From positions 24,879,365 through 24,943,364 of the forward strand of contig NC_092678.1 in the NCBI RefSeq assembly GCF_964355755.1: a DNA stretch of 64,000 bases. The letters run 5' to 3'. Each line of letters opens with the position of its first letter. The first letter of the stretch is position 1. The notes below the pieces were generated by a model that did not search any database, was not told the origin of the DNA, and saw only the letters and a list, made by a program, of their open reading frames with translations. Shown here piece by piece: positions 27,901-48,000 of the stretch. The DNA is from Antedon mediterranea. Its lineage: Eukaryota > Animalia > Echinodermata. Made by a program: the position numbers and the translations under genes.

Positions 27901-30462
27901 GTTTGAACATTCCATTTATAACACGGGGGTATTTATTATTTTGTTGAAACGGCTTATAAAATGAATTTTGTACTGTATATTATTATTCGAAATTATTTAG
28001 ATCTAACATTTCATTTACTAACATTTTTTCTCGATTAAATCAATTAGCAAATAATGTTTTAACTTTGTTTTAACATACAAAAGTACACGCGGAACGAACC
28101 ATTACATAAACCATAGGTATACCTCTCTTGGTCAGAACAATTACGTTAAAAATCATTAATTTATAGACTTACCCTAAAAATATTGCACTTGTATTTGGAA
28201 ATAAATAAATCCCTGATATGGGGTTATACAGAATACTATTCACAAGTAATGCCGATTGGTTTCTGTGTCATTTGAGTTGTCGCTAAGTTTTATATGTTGA
28301 GGAGTGTGTTCTTAAAATAACCTCGCGATTTTATTGGTCAATCAGAGTTCTATTCAATTCTACCCCCGCAACTTCCGTGCAAAGTCAAAACAATAAATAA
28401 TAATGACAAACAAATACCCATTTATTATTAATCACAAAGTGACGTATTTTTATAAACTTCATTCCGGGCATACAATTACATTAAAATTATTTTACACAAT
28501 ATCCAAAAATTACCTTAAATCCCACAATAGCGACGCAACGTAGATGATTTGACACACCCGATGGATTATTCGAACAGTGGCTTGTTATTGGTTAACTCGA
28601 TTGCGTTGCGCGTACGTCCTTGCGTTGCGTCTCTAGTGGGAACCACGCGTTAGCGCGCAATGCAAGAATTGACCAATCGGCGACACGATTGATAATTTCA
28701 TCCAAACTGGAAATTATGTTTTCAGAACTTCAAAGAAAACTTTTTGAAAAGAAAATGTAATTACGTCAAGCTGCAAGAGATACACTGATTATTCCCACCA
28801 CCAATATGTTGAATTGTAGCCTAGCCATACAGTTGAATTATACCATTTTTAAAGTAAAAAAAAAAACAAAAACCAAGAGGCAGATTGATGTCAAATATTG
28901 CATACCCCCAGTCCACTCTCATTGATATCAACTTTTACATTCTCAACAACTAACGGTGACTCAATATCCGCTATGAAGCAGGTCAAATCACAAGTTCGTT
29001 AACAATTATTTTGTCGAAAAATACAAACTAAAATCAAGATAAAACTAAACTAATACATTTAATAAGTAATGACAAAAAAACTAAACCAACCAACCGTGGG
29101 ACACCGAATAAACAAGTTTCTTTAGAATGTTTTTGAAAGAAGAGTAAACTGACAGAAAAAAAAACTTTATGCAAAAATGGCGAAGAGAAGACGAAATGAA
29201 AGTTCTGACTAAAAAAAAAGAAAGAATAAATTTACCGTTTAGTCTGCTTACACTTGGATCCACACGCTCCCATAAGACTATTCTAAAACAACGGAGTCTG
29301 GATAATCAATTAGTTAAATTAGTAATAACCGATTATCGATATTTAGATGCTAAAACTTTGTCTCCTGCTGTTAAGTACAGACTTATGTAGCCAACGAATG
29401 AAATCTAAAAATAACAACCATTTCAAGCATTCTGATTGGTCGAAACGGACACGGGATCTGGGTTGTCATTGATATAATTAGTCAAATATCCGTCTCTTCA
29501 TGGAGAGAGTTCAAAACATCAAACTTTTCTATTTCAGTACCTCTTGTGTACACCATAATCATCATGTTTGTCTTGTTTATTTGTTTTTATAGATACATTT
29601 TTGTAAAAATACAAAATAATGTTCTCTATTGTAGGCCTAGTTGATTGTCCCGGATTCGCGGATTGTTGATATTTTAATCATATGTATGTTGGCTGCAACA
29701 GCAGTTACATTTTTATCAAATATTTCCCTCTTTTTACCACATATTTTGTTTAAAACGATGTCCTTAATGTCATAATAATCAATAATTTTGTATCATTTGA
29801 TACGCGGATTGTATGTACAGCAGTCCTGTTTTACCCCATATTTTGTTTAAAGCGATGTCATAATAATTAAACATTTTATAGCATTTGAGGAAATGTTCAA
29901 CATAGTCTAACGAAATGTGGCTTACACGTAACGCAAAAAATAAAAAATGTAACGCAAATACGTGTGTGTAACGTAAAAACGATAAATGTAACGCAAACAC
30001 GTACGATTAACGCAAAAACGTACGCTTAACGCAAAAACGTATGCACAGTGACAGGATAAATGAAAAAACTAAATGATATCAATGTAAATAACATACACAG
30101 AACATTTTTCTTAATTCTTTATAATTTTCATTTTACTGTCATCTTAAACATTCAATAAATTTAACACATTCAGAAATCTAACATTAATCTGTCTGAATTC
30201 ATTGCAAATGAGATATTATTTTTAAATCTGTTTACACACAGCAACCATGAACTTTGTGAGCTATTTAAGTATTAATATAAATATGTATCTTCAGGTATTG
30301 ACTATGTATTTTTAAATGCTAATTTGTTTTCTTTCTTTTTCAATGTCTTTGTACAAGATTAATAACATTAATGTTGTATCTTGTCTCCTTCCAGCCTATT
30401 GTATAGTGTATCCAACACCAAACATTGCTAAGTCATCAGTCCCACATGCCACATGTATGTTA

Positions 30463-37018
<6,556 letters not shown>

Positions 37019-39064
37019 TTTGTTGGGTACAAAAATATATACCATATTGGTAACTTAAACAGGGCCGCCTTTATGGAGCGCCGAAAATACCTTCAGTGTG
37101 CCACATTTTCGTGATACATTTGGTCACCATTAACCAGCACCACAACAATAAAACATTAATTGTATTGTCCCTTTTATTTGACTAATTCCACAGAAATTAA
37201 AAAAAAAACATTTCGAAAAGAATTGGGTCATTTTGAAGTATCAAAATAGTTATTAACTTTCACCAAAAATTAGTCGAGAAAAAAAACCATCTAACTGAAA
37301 TATAGACATTTTTTTGTTCAAAAAATAACTGACTTCCAGTCAAAACATATCTCATAATGTAACGCGCTTGTTTGGCTACTCTGTATACATAATCATAAAC
37401 TTTCTCGCGATCTGTGTGAGAACACCTTCTCAACCGTGACGAGTTGTAAATAATCTTAATTAGCAGCATGCATACTCGTGGTTTGAAATCTTTGTTTACT
37501 TTCGCGCATGATGATTTTTCAGACGAAATGTAATCAAATTAATTTACGTACCTTTTAATTACGTAAACTTGTTGTTTTTGGCTCGAAATTTCGATTTAAA
37601 GTGAATAACTTTAATATTACTTTGATATGGCCAATTTAAATTTAGAATATTTTGACATTCATTTCTTGTGTTTCAAGGGATAATACATCTATTGACAACA
37701 GTGATTCCAACTACGACTTTCGTATTCTTCGACTTCTGCATGGTTTTTTGGCCTTAGGACCTCAAGTAAAAATACATTTTAAAATACACTATTTGATTTA
37801 TAAGATTTAGAGAAAAACTATAACAAAAACACATAAAACTACAAATACATTTTTAACATTTTCCTTTAATTTTAATTCACTTAAATGTAATATATCCCAA
37901 GTTATAAACTTGTTAAACAATCAACTTTATTAATTTCTGATCTTATTCTCACGTTGAAATATTAAATATTAACAGGAACTACGTAACAGGCAATCCATCT
38001 CGAAACACGCATCTAAAAATAATCAGTTTTAAACTACTGCTGTCGTTACTAAGTAGTAGTGTAAGCAACAATAGGTGAAGCTATTGCAGTCGACTGTTTT
38101 TATGTCTACAATGGGGCAAACATTTAGCCCTTAATTTATCTAGATGAACCAACATGCTATAGTGTGTTGCCTCATCATTTATGTTATAGTAGTAATAGGC
38201 CATATTGTCAAAAACTTATACAACAATGTATAAGCAATGTTTATAAGGGATATTTTTTAAAAGGTATATATTATACACACTGTTGTTACTAATCTTACAA
38301 TACAACAGGTCAAAGGTCAAACTTACTTGAGATGTCTTTTTGATAGATATTAACAATGAAAGTTTTACAAACATATACACAATGATAACAAATAAACTAC
38401 ATTTTTTTTTCCAAAATGATTATTAATTCTACATACAATGAAACAGAATGCGTGTATCTTTTTAAAAAACTTAAACGCAATACATAAAAGAGTTTCATTG
38501 TCAAAAAAAAAAAACAGAAATGAACAATACATATATTTGATACTAGTTTTTGTTTTGGAATAATCTTAAAATATTTTTTATTTTGTGAATATTGTTTGAA
38601 TACATTTAAATCATTAGAAGACTTTAAATATTATATATAGATTTCATTACATTAAGAACTGACTTAATTGTGTACATTAAGCACTGACTATTAAACATGT
38701 ACTTATTGTGTATATTAAGCACTGACTTAATTGTATAAGGTTGGGTTTTTTTTTATATTTACACAGAGCAATTTATTTTCAACTACAAATCTGGTTAGTA
38801 TTGAGTCTTCAGGCTCAATGATAAGCCCATACAATCTCTCTGACCAAAAAAAAAAAAAACAAGAAAAGCCAATCCATTGGTGATAAGAGCATCTTTGTGG
38901 GGTACAGGTATCTTTTATTTCATTAGAAGCACCAACACAATTAGAACATATTGTTATTAGGTTACCTAACAACATGCATGTGTTCTTGTAACCAATTCTT
39001 CTTTTGGTTTCGTACACAAACTTTCCTCACGGCAAATAATTTAAACTACCTAGCTTCTTGGAAA

Positions 39065-42000
39065 TTAAGCCAAACCAAAGCCTTCTGTACATTCATTGGT
39101 TGCTAGTAACAACATGCTCCTTAGCTTGTCGTAAGTTTCGTATGCTGGTAGGTCTAGCTGGTTGAAACTATAAAAGACAAATAATTATGGTATAAATCTA
39201 CTCACAATGAAATACAAAAATATTTTAAGTCTACGCTTTAGACTACCATCATCTTACAACCAAATTCAATTTTGGTATGTGTAAATTTACCATATAAGCA
39301 TTTCTAATGCTTGCAAAAAACCGAAAATTTGTCTAGGTGGTGGTGTTTTTTTGATTTCCACAAATAATACATAATATATTTCTTTATAAACAATTATTTA
39401 AGTATGGTGGTCAAAATAAGTCTTTAAGCAGAGACCACCATTTAAAAAATAGAAAAACATTAGGCCTACATTGAGGCTACAGTACAATAACTAATTAGAT
39501 AAATAAATAAATGGTAGAGTGGTATAAATACACAAAGCCATAGTAACAAACAACATCATACCAAGTGTGAGCTACTGGTAGTCGATTGGTTGATCTATCG
39601 TCTCGATGTATCTGGAATTTTTGAGGTCCGTTCATTCCTTCTAAGGTAGCAAATCCTTGTAAGGGTACTTTGGAAGTTCCGGTCACAAACTGCAAAAACT
39701 TGGCACGATCTGCTTGATCAAACGAACGCAATGCACGCCAGAACCATTGAGTCTGAAAGTGAAATGGAGACAAATTTCCTGATTTACACTATGCAGCAAC
39801 TAGTCAAATCAAATCAATCTCTTTATTCATCCCATCAAAACATACATAAAAAAACCAAATTTGGATAAAAGGGACCCTTCAAGAAACCCAAGGGGCTTGC
39901 GATAGGAGGCCCACAAAAAACTAAGATTATTAAGATAATAATAAATTTAAAAAAAATAAAAAAGCCGGTATAGACAAAATAGATCATGATAGAATCAACA
40001 TGGGATGCGCATTGTTAAGGAATACCGTTACCAGGACAACCAGATTCCAGGTCAGGTGACCGAGATGTAATGGGAAAGTCACATGATTCAACTAATGTCT
40101 TATTTCCTACCTGTAATGAGTTAGCTTGGTATTTATGATACTCAGTATTAGACTTGAGGTCATCGATGTCAATAGTTGGTAATCCAGACACCAACAACTC
40201 TAATTCTTGTTCATTAAAGATGCCAATCAATTTCTTCGGGATGATATCGTAGAATCCTTCAAGAAAGCTGTCGATCTGTTTGCGAATCGCACCTGTCATT
40301 CTCATCTGACAAACTAGGTGTACGTACTCGTGTTTGTTTTCCGCAGTGACGACAATGTTGCGACCGTTCGGTTTCAGGTCTCTTACTTCCGTCACACCAA
40401 ACTCTTGCACCTGTCGAAAAAATAAGATAGTTTAAAACCACAGCCATAGTAATATTTTATTGGGGACATAATAATAAACATTTGCCAGGCTATAAAAAAG
40501 GTTTAAGACCAAAACTATATACTTATGCCTCAGGATATATAACATTATCTCAAAGCCTTATTCTACATCACCATTTTAAGCTCTGTTTAAACCTATCAAA
40601 CTTTATGTGACAACAAAATGTGTTGTGCCCATATATGGACATGATGATGTCATATCACTACCATATTTTGGCACATCACTACTATATTTGGGCACAGTTT
40701 TTTGTCACATAAACTTTGATAGTGTAGACAGCTCTTAATAGACTCACCTCAGCACTGAAGGTTAGCTCATAACCCAGGTCAGCGACACTGTGTTCTAATA
40801 AGAACACCAATCCTTGATAAAAACTGTAATCTTCACTTTCCATGTCTGTGTACCTAAGTATATGTAAACAAAATAAAGAATTAAAAAAGAAATAAATGTG
40901 CCCAATTATGGTAGTGATATGCCCAAGTATGGTAGTGATATATCATCATGTCCATATATGGGCATATTTTTTGTCAGTTTGATAGACAGAGCTTTAAAAA
41001 AAGTTTTAGTTGAAAATAAAAGTTCTAAGCAAATAGACACTGAATGGTTTATAGTATTTTATTAGCATTGCTGTTGTTACCCTATTCATAGTTCTGTAGT
41101 AAAATTTACTATTAGAACAGAAGGATCAAATAGGGTGTTACTATTGCATGCCTACACGTACAGTGATCCTATTGGCCAAGGAGGACTGAAAATCAAGCAT
41201 GCTACCATGGAGACAATGTCATCAAGTTCTGATTGATTGACCAATCAGGCTGCCAGAAAAATCATTGCCACGGAGACAATTTCATCAAGTTCCGATTGGT
41301 CAATCAATCGGAACTTGTTTAGATACTAAAATAGAAAATAATCTTACGTGACATTCTTGCCAAGAATGTGTTTGTAAAAGGATCTTGAGAAATAACAATC
41401 CAACAGCTTGTTGTCGTAGATTGCCTTGGCAATGATGCGGCCAACAAACTTGAAGTAACTCAAATGATTTGAATTAAAATGTGAAGATGGGTTTGGAATG
41501 TATGTAACACGATCTCCTGGTGAGGTCCGGAACAACGCGTAATTTGGATTGAAAATCTCCCTAGAAAAAACAAAAAATGACACAATTAGACAAGAGAACA
41601 AATATATTGTATAGAATGATCTGTTAAGCCCCGACTACACTACCAAACTAGTTTAACAAAAAAAGTGTGATGTGGCCAAATATGGTAGTGGTATGTATAT
41701 AATACTTGATTCATATCAACTTATATTCAGAGCTACCTGGAGATTGAAGAGACTTCATTGTTGTCATACCTTGATATAATAGGGTACCAAGGTAACTCTT
41801 GTATCTTTATGTTTGAATGTTGTCTATATTGTTTTTGAGGGCCTCTTCAAGTCAGCTGTACTGCTGTAGTACAGCTGTTAGAGCTACTCTTGTAAAACAA
41901 AGTTGAATAAATAAATAAATAATGTTTGATGATGTCATACCTTGATATAATGAGGTACCATTCCCTGAGTAACCCACCAGCATCTTGCCCCTCTTCTCCT

Positions 42001-45000
42001 TCAAACACCACGTAAAATCTGTTCTTCCATTCCTCCGGTGAACGCCTATGCAGCTCTCGATACGAGTCCTCAAAGACATGCTCGCGTTTTACGTGAATTG
42101 CCATGTCCTCCCGTCTCATTCCCAAGTCGATTCGTTCTAGTTCCTGTCGGAAATAGCGCCTCTTGACGTCAAAGTCAAGAATTCTTGTGTGGTTCACGAG
42201 GACGGAGAACGGACCCTCTGACAGATGAGTGGTAGACTGTCGAAGGATTTGATTCAGTATGTCGCGGTGAGTTTCTACAATAAAACAAACACAAAAAATT
42301 CAAATTTCAACAGATATATTAATATAGAGAGGTAAAATATTGTGTTCTTGGGCACTGGCCGTTTTTTAGACTTGGAGATGGAGAGCATGTTTTTAGGCTT
42401 GTGCATTAGTGTTTATTAGAGTTTGGTATAGCGTGTTTATTAGGCTTGGGCATAGCATGTTTTCTAAGCTTGGGCATTTGGCGTTTATTTAGGCTTGGGG
42501 CTTACCTGCAAACTTGAGGAACTTTTGAGTATCTGGGGGCATACTAGGTGTCACGATAGATGTCACAGAAGCTTCTCTTGAGAAAAAGTTTGCCAGAGAT
42601 GTGGACGATCCTGGAGTGTTGATCATCGGAGATGAAGGGTCCGTTTCATTGCCTTCCTTAGCTGTCAGTCCGGACAGAGGGTTCTCGGTTGCTTTCTCCG
42701 CAGCGTGTACCAAAAAGAAGGCTTCCACAGCTGGCTGGAGAACCAGTACAGCATGGTGGTCTGGTGTTTCAGACAAACTAGATAAACAGTCACTTAGTGT
42801 TTCCCAGAGGTTATCTAGAGCTAACTGTTCACTTAAGCGAGGTGTTTTTTCTGACTGTAAACAAAAAACAAAATGTATAGCTGTCTGAATATAAAATTAA
42901 TTAGTTAAAAACGTAGTCAACTCTGAAAAAAATGGAGACACCTTGGGCTGGCCTAATAGCTCTGGTTTTCCAGAAATGATGGGACTGTTTTAACAGTAAA
43001 AATGAATGTGGGACCCTTTTGAATCTGAAGAAAAATCTGTTTTTTGAGTTTCTGTTTTTCAGAAGGTCCAGTATTAAATAAGTCTGCTGTATTTTGAATA
43101 TTGTAAAAAAAAACATATTTTAGATATCAATTAAAAAAACTGTAAAAATTTAATTAATAGAATAATAAGATTATTCAAGAGTGTTTGGCTCTGACCTCTT
43201 GTTCCACCGAGGACTCTGTAGATGTAGACGTCCCTGGTTCAGTTGAGGCAGCTGTAGCTCCTCTAGCAGGTTGGTCAACCTCCATTGGTGACTCGCTAGA
43301 TGTAGCACCTGCAGATGTGCCACTAGTCGCTGCAGTTGATGTTGCCGTTTGATCTGCACTGGATCCGCTACCGGCATCAGCAGCTTCTCTTCCCTGTTAA
43401 GTAATTTTTTACCAGGATTAATCTCTTTCTTTCTAAACTTGTGATGCTTTTGTAGTAAAGTAATGCATTAATTATACATAAAGTTCAATGAACTTACTGT
43501 GACCTCCATCCACTAATATACACTGTATACTTATGTTGAAGGGTGGAAAAATAAACGAAAATATTTCAGATATCGGGTGAGGTTAAATCAAATATGATCA
43601 TAACCAAGTATATCATCATCAATATGAGCACGATTGAGCACTGTGGTATGTGCTATAGAAATCTATATTACTATTATATGAGTGAGAATCTTATAACCAA
43701 TAAAACCCTAAACCTACCGCCTCTACAAGTGACCTGCTGGCCTCGCTTACTAAACCTCTTCTATTCATTAGTTGCATAATTTCATTAGCTTCGGCCTCAA
43801 GAGCGGCAACCGTTGCTGCTAAGTTCGATACTCCAAGTGTACGTTCAGTATCTGAAGAATATTAGGTATTACAAATGTACTTCCCCTAAAACATTAAATC
43901 TGAAACCTCGGACATTTTGTGTGCATGTCAAGTACGTTCTCGTATTCATATCCTTTTTTTTCCCAGAAACCAAATTCAGATTCAATATAAATTTACCGTA
44001 ACGGCCAATTTACACAGACAAGCGGAAATGGTAGGTAAGCCCAAGTCGTAGAATCTGTATCAATGCTGTTCACTCCACATTGTGTGTAAATGGTCATAAG
44101 GAATAACATAGATTCTATATTTATTTATTTACTACCGGTCTGTATAAATTGGACTTAAGAGTGGAGACTTAAGAGTGGAGACTAGCCTAGAATATGTCCA
44201 TTATGCTGTAACCTAATTCATAGTTTTGGCAACGTATTGGTTAACAAAGCCAAAAGGATCAAATTAGGTAGGTTCATATTGCACCCCTACACGAACAGAT
44301 ATCCTACTTTAAAGGCAAATCTGAAAATCTAGGATGCTAAAGCTCTGTCTACACTATGAAACTAACAAAAAAAGTCTGATGTGGCCAAATATGGTAGTGA
44401 TATGCTCAAATATGGTAGTGGTATGCTCAAATATGGTAGTGATATAACATCATGTCCCTATATATGCACTAGTATACAAACTAGTTTCAAAGTGTATTTG
44501 TCAACAACAAATAAACGCCATCAATGCTTAAACTACAACTTACTTCTCTGTGATCTTCCAGATTTTCTTGCGGACTCGCGAAGCTGAATGACAACTTTTA
44601 AGATCCTTAAGAAGCAGTTCTGATGACTCGTCTTGCTGGTGAACAGACTCATACTCGGTAAACGAAGCTCAAACTCCCCTGGTTGTCTTTTTGATGACGT
44701 CGATGGTCCTACAACTACTTTGACATTTCTAGAGTAAAGTTCACTCAAACCAGAGGAAGTGGACGCTACTGGTTCGTCGTTGGCATCACCTTCTGTAGAA
44801 GGTTCTGACTGAAACTTTCGCACTTCTTCAAGTAATTGCGTGATGTCACTAAAAAAAACCAAAATAAACTTAAAACATGCAACAAGTAAAATTTACTTGT
44901 TTTATAACTTAAGCTCTGTATACACTATAACTTAAGCTCTGTCTACACTATCAAACTAGTTTGACAAAAAATGGTGATGTGCTCAAACATAGGGATATGA

Positions 45001-48000
45001 TGTCATCATGTCCATATATGACATGTTTTGTCACATAAAGTTTGATAGACAGAGCTTTAAAAAAAGTTTTAATATAAAATAAAAGTTCTAAGCGAATAGA
45101 CACTGAATGGTTTATAGTATTTTATTAGCATTGCTGTTGTTACCCTATTCATAGTTCTGTAATAAAATTTACTATTAAAACAGAAGGATCAAATAGGGTG
45201 TTACTATTGCATGCCTACACGTACAGTGATCCTATTGGCCAAGGAGGACTGAAAATCAAGCATGCTACCATGGAGACAATGTCATCAAGTTCTGATTGAT
45301 TGACAAATAACGTTTGATATTGTAGACAGATGATTTAATGAGGTTGAGAACCGTAATCATCAATTTGAGAAGCCAATGTACTTACTCGCACAGTATATTG
45401 CCAAGGTGTTTGGCGCCATCAAGCAGAAGTAGAAGAACGACCTGCCGAGTTGCCGAGTGACCAGCTGACAGTCTTTGCAACAGATTGATTGCTGTTATAA
45501 GCCCATCCTCTGAACATCTATGTGATGTCAGTACCTGCAATTGATAACATTAGACATTAATATTATAATTTGAGTAAGGGGTTAGCAGATGACGTTAGTG
45601 GGTGAAAAGATGACGTCCTAATATCAGTGTTATGTGTATCCCATGTAGTTCCATGTAAATATTTTTCATTTCATTTTGATAGTTTAAATTTTTCGATAAA
45701 ATTTTTTTTTACAATAATACACACAATACAACTAGGTGAACAAGCCCATGGTACTCCACATGTTATGGCCGGCCGGAATTGTTCTTTCCGTACTGGCTGG
45801 GACACTTCCATACCACTCTCATAATCCTAACCATTACATTAAACAAAAATTGATATTTTAAAAGGTAGAACACAATTGATAGAACACAAACCTCAACAAC
45901 TAATTTGAGTAACTTTTCTTCGACAACAGGGTCAACACTTTCTTCTTTCTTTTCATCTTTCTTATTTGGCGATTTAGTTGATGAACTTGAACCGGAATCT
46001 TAAAGAAAATATTGATTCAAAATAGAATTACTCTGATACTAGGATATGCCGCAGTGGCTGTATTCACCAATCAAATGCAATCTAGACATACAGTAAATAT
46101 TTAACTTAAGTCAATTTCTAGGCCGGGTAAGTGTGAATGATATGGCGATAGGATCACATTAAAACTCTTGTAAGCAACCATTTTGAACACTGTCACATTA
46201 CAATTCGCATTAAGCTCGGTCTACACTATAAAAAAATGCCCATATATGGACATGATGATGTCATATCACTACCATATTTGGGCATATCACACTTTTTTTT
46301 ATCAAACTAGTTTGATAGTGTAGACAGAACTTTAGATATGTTACCTGGATTATGAGTTATCATGGTTTACTTAAGCTTTGTCTACACTATCAAACTTTAT
46401 GTGACAAAAAAATGTGATGTGCCCATATATGGACACGATGATGTCATATCACTACCATATTTGGGAATATCACTACCATATTTGGCTACATCACACTTTT
46501 TTTTGTCAAAATAGTTTGATAGTGTAGACAGAGCTTTATACATACATGAAAGAACATATTACCTGTGACAGAGGCGGTATCCATTGGTGTTGTTCCACTC
46601 AAAGCAGCAACATGTTGTTGTAACAGACTTCGACGTCCGAAAGATAAGTTGCGTGTACCATGTGGGCGCCGCAGTGAGGGCAATCCGAGCGAACTAATGC
46701 TATCTTTTTTTTCCGGTAATGCTAATGATGCTAAATACAACAAATGAAGGAGCCGATCCGTCAGAGTAGAGCTCCTTTGAACTAATGGATGAACAAGCAT
46801 ACCCATGATAGTTGCTAGGGGCGATTCCTGCGGGGTCGATGAACTTGCACGATCTGTGCTTACACTAGAATTTTTTAATGATGATTTTCCTTTTTTGCCG
46901 ACACTAGAACTATCCAATTTCAAAAGCACATCCCAGAAATCATAATCAACTTTAGATTTAGAAGGAGTTGTTTGTTGATTGCTATCCTGTTTAGGAGTCT
47001 GTGATTCATCAATTGTTTTATCAGATGAACTAGTCTTCGGTTCCTCTTTACATGTTTCGCTCTCCGTGGCTTTCTGCGGTACAAACTGAGAAGGAAAGAC
47101 TTTGGCCAATGACACCATCGCTTCTAACGCGTGCTTAAAAACAACGGGTGCCGCCTGAGGGTGTATGCATATTAAAGACGTTTGACGGTCGCTAGTCTTC
47201 TTGCTAGTTCTCTGGGCTTGAAAGACTCCCGCTCGACAGCCGAGGGCAGCAGACATACTAATTGAAAGCCACGATGTTTGGCTAGGCCTTCCAGAATTGG
47301 ATTCATTTCTAAACAATGGTATAGGTCCTTCTGGACTTGTTTTTAGTTCTCCTGTACGAGTCCTTTCAAGAATGCTAAGCAGGGCTTGCAAGATCCATTC
47401 TCGTGTTGCTACGTGATAACTCAAATTTCGTAAAACCTTGTGCAATCGTGCTGTGTTTAATTTAGGTTCATTTACAAACAGTAAGACAAGCAGACATGCT
47501 AGAGCTTCCTGATCTATTAACTGACGGCCACGGAACTGAGTCACAGCAGTGTTACTGGCTCCTCTTGATTGGATGTTCCTGGCATTTGAGCTGGTCCACG
47601 CCCAAGAGTTGCCTTGACGTGGCACGGCAAGCTGATAATAGTTGACGCCGCCAAGACGACTACTTGTAGCTATTTAAAAAAAAAACCACAAAAATCCATT
47701 AAATTGGTCTGTTATATGATGAAATTCTAAATAGAATCAACAGTTAGAGACCACATTTAATTTAAGCAATTTAAGTAGTGTCCCTTAAGTTACTTAAACC
47801 CACCTGAATTCCGCCCAATAGCTGACAGCATACCCGTTTCCCGTAGTAACCGTTCCTGCATAAGTCTCCTATGTTGTATTTCAATGTTTTGTCTCAAAGA
47901 TCGTGCTTCTGCTGCAATTTCCGGAGGCATAACTGCCAAGACCGAGTCATCGATGTCTGCAAGGATCGTCTGGCGCAACGAAGATGGTAGGTTACGAATA

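Noticed and set aside
41727-41767. Possible single-copy C/D snoRNA (CTCCAGGTAGCT-CTGA on the minus strand)
   Set aside because: No convincing C box or terminal stem and no second copy to support it.
44003-44152. Repeat shared with 52577-52731 as a fifth snoRNA family
   Set aside because: The copies are in opposite orientations, have terminal inverted repeats and lack H/ACA or C/D boxes; it is a MITE.
44903-44950. Doubled left MITE TIR as evidence of nested insertion
   Set aside because: It is a local 23-bp tandem duplication that includes flanking bases (TATAACTTAAGCTCTGT.TACAC), so it was not counted as support for the capture model.
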